Virus record (IMG/VR): IMGVR_UViG_3300025890_000021
Coordinates: 26,404 to 90,403 of that record
DNA length: 64,000 bases
Strand: one strand, 5' to 3'
DNA from: a virus
Lineage: Duplodnaviria; Caudoviricetes
Made by a program: the position numbers and the translations under genes. This document shows, piece after piece, positions 20,291 to 29,278 of the stretch (its first letter is position 1; every line of letters starts with the position of its first letter). The notes beneath the pieces were generated by a model. The model did not search any database. It was not told where the DNA came from and was given only the letters and a program-made list of their open reading frames with translations.

Positions 20291-20740
20291 CTAACCTGTG
20301 GTATTGAAATTAAAGGATATCTGTTCAGGTGCATCCTCATCATCCACATTCACTAAAAATTCTAAGTTTACTAACACTTGATTACTATCTGGTGTTAAGA
20401 TAATATCTATAGTGTTGATTGATACATAAGGTAACCATTGTGCCAACGCCTCTTCAATTGCTGCTTCTATTCTATCTTCCAAACCATCTTCTTGTGGTTC
20501 AAAAATTAGTGAAGTTAATTCACAACCAAATGTTGGTTGGTTAACTCTTTCACCTGGAATAGTTAGTAATAAATTTTTTATGTTTGTGGAAACTTGTTCT
20601 CTTATTGTAGAACTTCTTGGAAAGAATCCAGCGTTACCACTTTTATATGTGAGTGGAAAAGTTAATCCAAAGAACGCATCGCTATCTTCATTGATAACTC
20701 GTACTGGTGGATTTGTTAATGTTGATACTTTTTCACTCAT
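20291..20740 (-). CDS. baseplate protein gp25/gpW-like
   Basis: NIKNLLLTIPGERVNQPTFGC..IFEP..WLPYV. Confidence 0.85.
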   Translation of the reverse strand: MSEKVSTLTNPPVRVINEDSDAFFGLTFPLTYKSGNAGFFPRSSTIREQVSTNIKNLLLTIPGERVNQPTFGCELTSLIFEPQEDGLEDRIEAAIEEALAQWLPYVSINTIDIILTPDSNQVLVNLEFLVNVDDEDAPEQISFNFNTTG

Positions 20741-20746
20741 GGTTTA

Positions 20747-21229
20747 TTACTTCTTTTTAAATTTATCGTGTTTCATTAAATCACTATAATCTCTTGTTAA
20801 AGCATTTAATACACTTTCAGGTACATCACCCACATTTAAATTCTTTTCTTTTAAGGTTTGTGCAGCTATCATGTTTCTTTGTTGTTCTTTATCACCACCT
20901 GCTGATAATGCATCTCCGTATCCTAATAGTTCTGATGCTCTACTCGAATCAAAACTTCCACCACCCATCGTTGGATATTCATCCATTTCTGAATCACCTT
21001 TACTCAATGCAACAGTCTCGTTTAAAACATCGTTTAATGCATCATTACCAGATACAAAATCTCTTTTTTGTCGAACAACTTTTTTGACTGGTTTTTGTTT
21101 TGGTGCTAGAGATTTGAGTGTAGAACTTTTTGCTTTCTTATACTCAGTAATAAATATCTCTTTAGCTTGTTTTTTGACCTCTATTCTTACTACTTCTCGA
21201 ATTAATTTTACGAGTGCTTTTTTAGTCAT
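20747..21229 (-). CDS. hypothetical virion-associated protein
   Basis: In structural operon; LVKLIREVV N-terminus. Confidence 0.5.
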   Translation of the reverse strand: MTKKALVKLIREVVRIEVKKQAKEIFITEYKKAKSSTLKSLAPKQKPVKKVVRQKRDFVSGNDALNDVLNETVALSKGDSEMDEYPTMGGGSFDSSRASELLGYGDALSAGGDKEQQRNMIAAQTLKEKNLNVGDVPESVLNALTRDYSDLMKHDKFKKK

Positions 21230-21238
21230 AATGACCTC

Positions 21239-21691
21239 CTATACTATATTATATCCTACCGATACCAAAGGTGGGACTGCTGTGATTGTAAAAACAATCT
21301 GTTGATGATAAATATTAAACGCTGTTATAAACTGGTCAATTGTATCATCAATCGTTTCATTCATCTTACCTTGTGCATCAATGTATGATGATGTTATTCC
21401 TGGATTAGTTACCAATGCTCCTGCAGCAGTAGCACCACCCAACCAATAAAGTTTTAGACCTGTATCTAATGATGTTGATAATGGTACTGCTCCGTATGCA
21501 CTAAAACATAATTTTAACATTGATTGTAACCCTGCTACATTTCCTGCTGCTAATGGTGCGGGTGGTGCAGTTCCTACTCCACTCACTCCAGTCTTTACAC
21601 ATTTATCATATGATTCAGCAATTACTTTTGCCATATCATCATTATTACTTAAACCTTGTTTGTACTCAGCTCTAAATATATCCCAACTCAT
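21239..21691 (-). CDS. hypothetical baseplate-region protein
   Basis: Tiles between the hub-like gene and gp25. Confidence 0.5.
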   Translation of the reverse strand: MSWDIFRAEYKQGLSNNDDMAKVIAESYDKCVKTGVSGVGTAPPAPLAAGNVAGLQSMLKLCFSAYGAVPLSTSLDTGLKLYWLGGATAAGALVTNPGITSSYIDAQGKMNETIDDTIDQFITAFNIYHQQIVFTITAVPPLVSVGYNIV

Positions 21692-22821
21692 TATTTCGTT
21701 TTATTTTGTGGACTCTTAATAGTACTTAATGTAGATTTTATTGATGCTAATAAACCTGCACCAGGTCCAACCACTACTGGTCCTGTCGGTGCTAACAAAC
21801 CTGTTTCTATTAATGTTAGTATATCATTTAACTTTGATTCTAATGTATCACCTAACACTATTGGTTCTACTGCATCTATACCACCTATCTTTGTTATGGG
21901 TGTTTCGATAACAACTTCACCTACTGCACTTATACCTACATTCTTATTACTTGAGAACAAAATATCTCCACCATTTTTTGTGTTTAAGATTATTTTATCT
22001 GAGTTTAATAAAATTTGTTTACCCTCATATGGTGCTGTAATTAATTTACTTTCTGCACCAAGTGTTGGTTTTAATTCTTGATTAGTTACCATATAAATAC
22101 TTGAAGCATCGGTATCAATCTTTTCTTCTATTGGGACTTTTGAATCACCCTCTATTGTATGTCCAACACTAATAATCACATTGGGTGAATTTTCATTTTC
22201 ATTTTTTATATCACTACCGATTCTGATAGAGTTACCAAATCTACCCTCAATAGTTACATCACCCTCATTAGGTAATAGTTTTCTAGCATCATCTATCTTT
22301 TTAAAATAGTGTCCTGTCTCTATACCTGTATCATCAGAGTTAGGTAAATCATCTATATCTTTTGTTGATTTTAATGTATCCTTTTTCTTACCAACACTAA
22401 TACCATGTTGTGTATTAAAATTAGGATTACCAAATAAATTTAATTGTGTTGTAAAAAATAATTGACCAAGATATCTTACACCAATAACAATCTCACCAAC
22501 TACAGGTGTTATTTGAAAGTTTGGATTTAATGGTTTGTAATCAGAAAGTGAATCTATATTTTTTCCTAATTCTGAATTTACAAATCTACCCTTTACTCCA
22601 CCAAGAAAACTATAATCTGGTCCACCATCTTTCTTTTGTGGAAAATATTTTTTAGTATCATCAAGATGTACTGCTACCACTTCCAATGGTTCTAACTCGT
22701 AAAATTCGTTTGGTGAATCTTCTACTTCTTTTAATAATCGTAGAATAGATTCTGTATTTTGTATACGAGATGATATTGGACCAGTTTTATTTCCTGATTT
22801 TTTTCCAATTATGTATGACAT
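21691..22821 (-). CDS. baseplate hub/spike protein (gp5/gpV-like)
   Basis: EGDVTIEGRFGNSIRIGS and QILLNSDKIILN beta-repeat segments; upstream of gp25. Confidence 0.6.
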   Translation of the reverse strand: MSYIIGKKSGNKTGPISSRIQNTESILRLLKEVEDSPNEFYELEPLEVVAVHLDDTKKYFPQKKDGGPDYSFLGGVKGRFVNSELGKNIDSLSDYKPLNPNFQITPVVGEIVIGVRYLGQLFFTTQLNLFGNPNFNTQHGISVGKKKDTLKSTKDIDDLPNSDDTGIETGHYFKKIDDARKLLPNEGDVTIEGRFGNSIRIGSDIKNENENSPNVIISVGHTIEGDSKVPIEEKIDTDASSIYMVTNQELKPTLGAESKLITAPYEGKQILLNSDKIILNTKNGGDILFSSNKNVGISAVGEVVIETPITKIGGIDAVEPIVLGDTLESKLNDILTLIETGLLAPTGPVVVGPGAGLLASIKSTLSTIKSPQNKTK

Positions 22822-22822
22822 A

Positions 22823-23200
22823 TTAGTTTACTTTTGCTGTAATATTATCGCTATGGTCTTGTAACTCATTGACTGTATTTTCAATGTTTTGCATTAATTG
22901 TTCTTTTTCTTTCTCAGATAAACCAAACTCACTATCACTATCACTACTTGCACTTGCTTGTGCTAATCGTTGTACGATGGTTGCTAGTTTAACTAATTGC
23001 TCATCATTCTTTACATTGATTTCTAAGTACTCTTTCAACATAGGAATGATTTGTACGGCCGTATCGCCATCCTTGATAAACTGAACTACTTCTTTCATTA
23101 GAACTTCTAATTGTTCTTTGTTTCGTTTAGAGTTATCATAGATGTCTTTGAACACATCTGACAGGGTTTTACCCTCAAATATTTCGAAATCGATTGCCAT
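22823..23200 (-). CDS. hypothetical helical protein
   Basis: First gene of the baseplate run, downstream of a WTAYTTATWW motif at about 23222-23233. Confidence 0.55.
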   Translation of the reverse strand: MAIDFEIFEGKTLSDVFKDIYDNSKRNKEQLEVLMKEVVQFIKDGDTAVQIIPMLKEYLEINVKNDEQLVKLATIVQRLAQASASSDSDSEFGLSEKEKEQLMQNIENTVNELQDHSDNITAKVN

Positions 23201-23257
23201 AATTTTGCCTGTTTTTTACCTAATAATAAATAGAAGATTTCTAAAAAAGTGTTGTAT

Positions 23258-23268
23258 ATATTTATATA
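23258..23268 (+). promoter_or_regulatory. WTAYTTATWW motif in plus orientation
   Basis: ATATTTATATA on the + strand upstream of the only + strand gene. Confidence 0.45.
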
Positions 23269-23356
23269 TCGGAAAATTTTCTAAAATATATACAATAGTT
23301 ATTATATGTCGGTGAAAAATCTGACATAATTGATTAACTAACGGGAGAGTAACCAT

Positions 23357-23578
23357 ATGCAGGAAATCATAACACTCGTAAAAGGATACATAGACGACTT
23401 AGCTCAGATGATGTTATCCTTGGTCGCTATTGGTGCAATTTCTGAAGTAATATTTGGAAGTGGTATCTTCGGCGTTAATGTTATTGGTAACCTAACACAA
23501 ATAATCAACACATTCGGCGAATCAGGTTTCGCTGGACTCGTCGCATTGTTGGTGTTGGTGGGTTTATTCCGTAAGTAG
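23357..23578 (+). CDS. small integral membrane protein (73 aa)
   Basis: GGGAG RBS, hydrophobic helices, own terminator. Confidence 0.75.
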   Translation: MQEIITLVKGYIDDLAQMMLSLVAIGAISEVIFGSGIFGVNVIGNLTQIINTFGESGFAGLVALLVLVGLFRK

Positions 23579-23597
23579 TACTATATCGGATACCTAA

Positions 23598-23629
23598 AAT
23601 ATGGGAGTCTTTTCCGAGGCTCCCATATT
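23598..23629. terminator. hairpin between convergent genes
   Basis: AATATGGGAG ... CTCCCATATT inverted repeat. Confidence 0.65.
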
Positions 23630-24512
23630 ACTTTAAGATTTCCAAAGTTTTCTCAGCATTAAATCTTCCAGCTTTCGGCCAACCATTTATTGCACCATCA
23701 CTTTCACCTGGTGTTTTAATCCAAAGATATGCATCACAATATTCTGAATCTGTATCCGTAGTAGGTTTATTTCCTATCTTCATTTCTTGTGGATTAAATG
23801 TTTCCCAAACTTCATTACCATTTCGTGATGTATCAATAACATAACTACAACCAAAGTGTTTAGCAATCTTATCACCATATCGTATACACTTATCTGTAGT
23901 TACGAAGTTACTTGTGTTGATACTAAACCCTTGAACCTTATTAGAATGAAACATACCCAAGTAAGTAATTGCATCAGTTCTCTTTAACCATTTAGGATGT
24001 CCTATATCAAGATAAACTACTGCATTAGTTTTGGATAGTTTTTGTATTGTGGATTTTATGAGACGAGTTCGTTTTTGTCTTTGATAATAACTCATACCCT
24101 TTCTCATATGTGGAAGTGCATCAGGTTCGATTATTACAATAGGTGAGTAATCACCAATACCCTCTACCACTTCATTAATAAAATCATGATATTGAGTTTG
24201 TGTTAATCCACCTTTTGAATGTCCACCTACATCCCTATCTGGTATAGAATATAAAACAATAACAGGTTGATAGGGATGTGCTCGTTTACACAATCTGTGT
24301 ACTCTACTTGACAACCTCTTCAGTCGTTTGATAGGATTATCAACTAACCAAAAAGAATTAGGTTGTGAAGTTATCTGTTTTAACTGCGGATACTTTTCAG
24401 TATTATCTTTTCGGTAATCCCAGTCTTGGTGGTATAATTTTAACTGAACCACGAACCAGTGAACTTTGTCTCCACAGAACCTGATTGTAGGTAGTTCTTC
24501 TGTAGTTCCCAA
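23628..24512 (-). CDS. glycoside hydrolase family 6 (cellulase-like) catalytic domain
   Basis: LYSIPDRD..G.S.GG, IIEPDAL, VYLDIGH..WL, VIDTSRNG, DAYLWIKTPGESDG; true start may be a GTG near 24452. Confidence 0.85.
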   Translation of the reverse strand: MGTTEELPTIRFCGDKVHWFVVQLKLYHQDWDYRKDNTEKYPQLKQITSQPNSFWLVDNPIKRLKRLSSRVHRLCKRAHPYQPVIVLYSIPDRDVGGHSKGGLTQTQYHDFINEVVEGIGDYSPIVIIEPDALPHMRKGMSYYQRQKRTRLIKSTIQKLSKTNAVVYLDIGHPKWLKRTDAITYLGMFHSNKVQGFSINTSNFVTTDKCIRYGDKIAKHFGCSYVIDTSRNGNEVWETFNPQEMKIGNKPTTDTDSEYCDAYLWIKTPGESDGAINGWPKAGRFNAEKTLEILK

Positions 24513-25162
24513 TGATGTTTCTTCATCACATTGACAACACGAGTAATGTGTTGTGTGTTGGAACCAGTCATCTCACGAATTAAAATGTATAATGCCTTCT
24601 TGTTAAAGTTCTCAATATTTTCTCTCATATCAATCAATTCAACAACTGCGTTAGCAACATCCAAGTCTTTCTTTCGTTTAAAGACTGTAGTAAGATTGTT
24701 TCTCCAATAATCAGCAAGAAGAACAATGTATTCTGATTTCATTGACTTGGTGTCAATCCCTCTCATCTCTCCGACAGGGTCTCTCTTATAATCAGTAACC
24801 TCTTCACCATCATGCTGCTTCATTCTCTTGTAGTTATTATTGTTATGTAGAATGAGATAATTCTTGGCAACAATCGAGAAATATGAGAAGGCCTTACCCT
24901 TACCCTCGGCGAACTTATGAATGTTCATATACAAGAAACTAACCACCTCATGTTTAACATCGTCCGATGGAACATCAAAGTAGTAAAATTTAAAAGTGTG
25001 AATAATATTCTCAGCCAATTTTTCAAAAGGTGTACGAATATGTTCGTTATAGATTCTCTCCCTCATATGAGGTCGTTCTTCTTTATTATGACGAATGATA
25101 GCATTCTCGGTATCTTGATTGAAATAATATCTTGGTGAACCTTTTTTTGCTTTTCTTGGCAT
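24440..25162 (-). CDS. phage sigma-factor-like protein (gp55-like)
   Basis: KFAEGKGKAFSYFSIVAKNYLI resembles sigma region 2. Confidence 0.55.
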   Translation of the reverse strand: MPRKAKKGSPRYYFNQDTENAIIRHNKEERPHMRERIYNEHIRTPFEKLAENIIHTFKFYYFDVPSDDVKHEVVSFLYMNIHKFAEGKGKAFSYFSIVAKNYLILHNNNNYKRMKQHDGEEVTDYKRDPVGEMRGIDTKSMKSEYIVLLADYWRNNLTTVFKRKKDLDVANAVVELIDMRENIENFNKKALYILIREMTGSNTQHITRVVNVMKKHHWELQKNYLQSGSVETKFTGSWFS

Positions 25163-25413
25163 TATATCTCCTGCTCTGTTATTGTTGTTAATTCATTTAC
25201 GGCATCTTGGATACCCTCAAAGACTACTCCTATCTCATCATCCGATTCGAACTTACCCTCTGAATCTAATTCATCAAGTATTCTTTTAGTTTGTATTATT
25301 CTAGCGGAATAATTTTCAACCCAAGTTTCTAACCTCTCAACTTTTCTCATTTGATTGTAGGTAGTGAAACCTAATGTTACTGAAACTATTCCTAATATTA
25401 TTTCTACTATCAT
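25162..25413 (-). CDS. membrane-anchored hypothetical protein
   Basis: N-terminal TM helix. Confidence 0.6.
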   Translation of the reverse strand: MIVEIILGIVSVTLGFTTYNQMRKVERLETWVENYSARIIQTKRILDELDSEGKFESDDEIGVVFEGIQDAVNELTTITEQEI

Positions 25414-26186
25414 TTCTTATCTCCAAACAACTCATCAAATAAATCCTTTGGTGAATCACCTGTGAGTTTAGTTTCTACTTCAGTTTTAACAGCAGCTTTA
25501 ATATTGTTAACTGATTTGGCAACTTTCTTTTTACCAACCTGTCCTGCTTGTTCCCATTGGTCACCCTCGATATATGTTGCCATCATATCTGCTTGGTGTA
25601 GTATACGAGCAATATGACCTCTCAAACCAGTCTCTGGTAAGAATGTCATTAAATACTTTTTGTTTGCTTCTTCATACATTCCATCTGTTAATTTCAAACC
25701 CATGTATTCGTTTTCTGTCATAGGGATTTGAAAGTGTTGTAAAATAAATATTGCTCTATCTGTGACGGTCATGTAAGTTAATTCAGGATTATGATTGTAA
25801 ATCTTTCCTTGATTCTTTCTGTGCCATTCCGATTCATTGATTACATAGTAATCATGTTCCATATCTCCAACCTTACCTAAATCATGGTGTAGGGCTGCAA
25901 AGATTAATTCTTCATTTGTGAAATTAATATCTGCTCCATTCTGTAACCATAAATCTCTTACTTGTTGAGACATCTCTACAATGTGAATGACATGTTCTAC
26001 ATAACCACCAACACAAGCATTGTGATAATGTTCTTTAGCACTTGCTGGTGCTAATACCATTCTATCTTCAAAATGGTCATACATTGTATTTAACTTCTCT
26101 AACCTTTCACCTGTAAATGTATCATTAATGATACTGCGTAGTTTTAAGTAGTTATCTTGTATCTGTTGTTCTGTTAGTTGCTTCAT
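25410..26186 (-). CDS. HD-domain phosphohydrolase (YhaM-like)
   Basis: APAS..HYH..GGYVEH, ALHHDLGK, HQADMMA. Confidence 0.8.
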   Translation of the reverse strand: MKQLTEQQIQDNYLKLRSIINDTFTGERLEKLNTMYDHFEDRMVLAPASAKEHYHNACVGGYVEHVIHIVEMSQQVRDLWLQNGADINFTNEELIFAALHHDLGKVGDMEHDYYVINESEWHRKNQGKIYNHNPELTYMTVTDRAIFILQHFQIPMTENEYMGLKLTDGMYEEANKKYLMTFLPETGLRGHIARILHQADMMATYIEGDQWEQAGQVGKKKVAKSVNNIKAAVKTEVETKLTGDSPKDLFDELFGDKK

Positions 26187-26218
26187 AATGTTTTTATATC
26201 TCCAATTTTCTTACCCAT

Positions 26219-26258
26219 AATATAAGGCCAAATGACCATACGAGTCAAGTGTTTTTTT
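26219..26258 (-). promoter_or_regulatory. conserved sigma70-type promoter, copy 1
   Basis: A-tract, CAC-TTGACT-N18-TATATT. Confidence 0.7.
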
Positions 26259-27112
26259 TATTTTTTTTCATTTATTGATTTTAAATACGAACCACCTATA
26301 TTCCAAAAGAGTGTCTTACCCTTTAGTGTTTCAATATTCTGTTCTAACCAATACCATTGTTTCTTGTCCCAAAACTCATTACAATCAAATGGTACTTCGT
26401 AATCATCCATCATATCATCAAACGCGTAAGGTGATTTCTCAAGTATAACATTTTTTAAATCACCTGCATGATTCTCATTTAAAATCTTTTTTGTTGATGA
26501 GAAAGCACTCATCGTTATAGAGTAAACTTTTCTTGATTCAGAATCTAACTTCCACCAATCATCTCCATACTCTAAAAATTCTTTTATCAATCCACTTGCA
26601 GTAACTCCACTACCGATACTAACTACAAGGTTATCATATTCCCTACCTTTTAAAACTTCTCTCATTCTTGCCCCCATATAACTAATGTATGCGGGATGAT
26701 TGAATGCATATGGTAATTGTTGCCAACCATTCTCTTTTGCTTGTGTGTTCAATTTGTTCTGCATGAATGCCATCATGTTTGGTCTCATAGGATGTAACTT
26801 ACCACCATTACCCTCAACTCTTTCCAATAATATTTTTGGAAACCTTTCTGTATTAGGATACGCAGAAATAAATTCTATACCATACTCTTTACATAATTGT
26901 GATAGTGTCCAACCTGTCCAACTCCCATAAACTGATAAGTGTGTTAACGGCTTTGATTTATCAATACTATCACTTTCTAATATTCTTCTGATACCCTCTA
27001 TCTTTGACCATCGTGGAAATGTTACACCATCTCCAACTAAATCATCTCTCTTGACATCGACATCAATACCCTTAAGTGAATATGTTTCAATTGGTGTTTG
27101 TATTAAGTCCAT
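26258..27112 (-). CDS. PLP-dependent fold-type II enzyme (ACC deaminase / D-cysteine desulfhydrase-like)
   Basis: VKRDDL..SKI, LVVSIGSGVTASGL, LFWNIGG. Confidence 0.65.
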   Translation of the reverse strand: MDLIQTPIETYSLKGIDVDVKRDDLVGDGVTFPRWSKIEGIRRILESDSIDKSKPLTHLSVYGSWTGWTLSQLCKEYGIEFISAYPNTERFPKILLERVEGNGGKLHPMRPNMMAFMQNKLNTQAKENGWQQLPYAFNHPAYISYMGARMREVLKGREYDNLVVSIGSGVTASGLIKEFLEYGDDWWKLDSESRKVYSITMSAFSSTKKILNENHAGDLKNVILEKSPYAFDDMMDDYEVPFDCNEFWDKKQWYWLEQNIETLKGKTLFWNIGGSYLKSINEKK

Positions 27113-28608
27113 TTCCCAAATCCATTTTCAGTGCCAGATAAAGTATCTCTCATACCTTTATGTTTGAAACCAAATATTCTTTCAAAGTTATCACCGATAC
27201 AATGAAATAGTTTTTTTCTATTTCTAAAATTTAATTCTGTATCATTTAGAATTACATCTTCGATATACTCTTTGAAGTTTGTTCCTTTCTGAAATGCTCT
27301 TTTCTCTTGGTCACATACCTCGTCTGGTAAGTGTCCACGAAATGCTTCAGCAAGTGGTTTCTTCCATTGGTTTCCACTATTATCTAATACTGGTTGTGTA
27401 AGGTTAGTAGTGTAATCTAAAAAATCTAAATCGAAGAATGGACATCTTAATTCTATTGTTCCATAATTCATAAAGATATTATTTCCACGAAGTAAATTAC
27501 CATAGTATTGTTTCTCAAACAATTTCTTTCGTACATCACTCCAATCTGGTTTCTTACTGAACATTCTGAATGTACCATATGAACCATACGATTCATCAGA
27601 ACCCTCACCACTAAACGCAACCTTAACACCATCCTCTGCCATTCTCTCGGCAACATAACTTTGTAGAATACCAACTTCCATTTGGACTGTTGATGGATAT
27701 TCTATAACCTTTATTGTTTCTAAAAATTTTCTTTTTAATTCTTCTGGGTCTCTTGGTATCTCAACCTCAACCAATGGTACATTGATATGCTCTGCAACCA
27801 TTCTTGCAAACATTAAATCTCTTGAATCCTCATCGAACTTGACTGTATAAGATACGATATCAGGTACTTTCTTACTTAACAAATAAGTAATAACACTTGA
27901 ATCGATACCACCACTTAAACAAGTTCCAACCTTAACATCACTTAATAATCTTTTCTCTACTGCAGTATCTAACAACTCATAAGTTTTTTTATTAACCTCA
28001 TCTTGGTCAAACTCTTTTTCTTCAAATGGTGTCCAAGTAAAATAGTAATCTTTATCAATATGTACTGAACCAGTTATAGTGTTTATTCTCACTACTGAAT
28101 TTTTTGGAACAAACTTACATTCTGCTTGTGGTAATATTTTTAATATTGATTTCATTTCAGATGCAATTAAAATATTTGTATCATTGTTATAAATGTATAA
28201 TGGAATCTTACCAACCCAATCTCTTGATATAACTAACTCATTAGTTAATGAGTCATGTAATACAAAACTAAACATACCCTCTAATCTTTTTAGTTCATTC
28301 TCTTTGTATAGATATAAAATTATTTCTGAATCACTATTACTAAAAAATGTATAACCTCGTTCTTCATATTCTTTTCTTAATTGTGGATAGTTCCATATCT
28401 CACCATTAACTACAAGTGCATAATCATTCCAAATAAATGGCTGATTTCCTGCTTCACTTACATCATTTATACTTAATCTATTATGGCCCAGGTGTACATT
28501 ACCACACTCAAAAATCTCTCGATTATCCCTACCTCTGTGTTCAATTTGAAGTAACATATCGTGTACAACTTCATCACTATGATTGACCGTACTAACTATT
28601 CCACACAC
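27103..28608 (-). CDS. asnB: asparagine synthetase B-like glutamine amidotransferase
   Basis: MCGI, HRGRD, HNRLSI, NGEIWN, LSGGIDSS, SGEGSDE, ELRCPF.D. Confidence 0.9.
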   Translation of the reverse strand: MCGIVSTVNHSDEVVHDMLLQIEHRGRDNREIFECGNVHLGHNRLSINDVSEAGNQPFIWNDYALVVNGEIWNYPQLRKEYEERGYTFFSNSDSEIILYLYKENELKRLEGMFSFVLHDSLTNELVISRDWVGKIPLYIYNNDTNILIASEMKSILKILPQAECKFVPKNSVVRINTITGSVHIDKDYYFTWTPFEEKEFDQDEVNKKTYELLDTAVEKRLLSDVKVGTCLSGGIDSSVITYLLSKKVPDIVSYTVKFDEDSRDLMFARMVAEHINVPLVEVEIPRDPEELKRKFLETIKVIEYPSTVQMEVGILQSYVAERMAEDGVKVAFSGEGSDESYGSYGTFRMFSKKPDWSDVRKKLFEKQYYGNLLRGNNIFMNYGTIELRCPFFDLDFLDYTTNLTQPVLDNSGNQWKKPLAEAFRGHLPDEVCDQEKRAFQKGTNFKEYIEDVILNDTELNFRNRKKLFHCIGDNFERIFGFKHKGMRDTLSGTENGFGKWT

Positions 28609-29278
28609 GAAGTATCTCCTTTACATTTTTCTTTTCATTATTCATATCACCAAGATGAACTGAACCACCAATTGTTGTAACTCGTTTTAATTTTAAATCT
28701 GCTTGTTCACATAAGAACTTACCCATCTCACATAACGCAACCCAATCAGCATAACCACTCTTACTAATTCTCATACTTCTAAAAAAAGCTGTAAGATATA
28801 ATCCCTCTTTACGCGGTTTCAAATCAACCGATAACAAACATGGCATTCCTGCCATAGTCTTTCTACCATCGGATTTGGGGTCATATATGCTCATCGCTAT
28901 GGTTTTACTATTCTTATGCTCTTTCAATCTTTTGATAGTTTGTTCCACTTGATTAAAACTATTATCCCAATTAATCATTCTGCCCCAATATGTTTTATTC
29001 CATTTTACTGAAGTATCATTTTGTTGGTATTGTAACTCATCCATAAAAGGATGTGTTGTTGGTGGTACAAATGTAACCGATGATGCATAATCAATTCTAT
29101 CATTACCAAATACATCTCTGAAGATACCATCAAACTTTGGGTCTGTATCAAAGTTATCTTCTATCTCTACACTCATATTAATAGATTCATTCATCACATC
29201 TTTATTACCATTCTCTAAAAGATACTCGTGTGATTTTATCCAAGCATCTGTTGGTGAGTTTGAATTAATTACTATCAT
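28592..29278 (-). CDS. thymidylate synthase homolog (dCMP hydroxymethylase-like)
   Basis: YWGRM..NQVEQ.IKRL, catalytic PC, FRS..........D, SVH. Confidence 0.75.
   Translation of the reverse strand: MIVINSNSPTDAWIKSHEYLLENGNKDVMNESINMSVEIEDNFDTDPKFDGIFRDVFGNDRIDYASSVTFVPPTTHPFMDELQYQQNDTSVKWNKTYWGRMINWDNSFNQVEQTIKRLKEHKNSKTIAMSIYDPKSDGRKTMAGMPCLLSVDLKPRKEGLYLTAFFRSMRISKSGYADWVALCEMGKFLCEQADLKLKRVTTIGGSVHLGDMNNEKKNVKEILRVWNS

Noticed and set aside
5830-24512. Phage cellulosome (cohesin scaffold plus GH6)
   Set aside because: The GH6 has no dockerin or signal peptide and is not linked to the cassette
25410-26186. HD protein as the dNTPase of the modification operon
   Set aside because: It is separated from the cluster by its own promoter and its motifs look YhaM-like; kept only as a possibility
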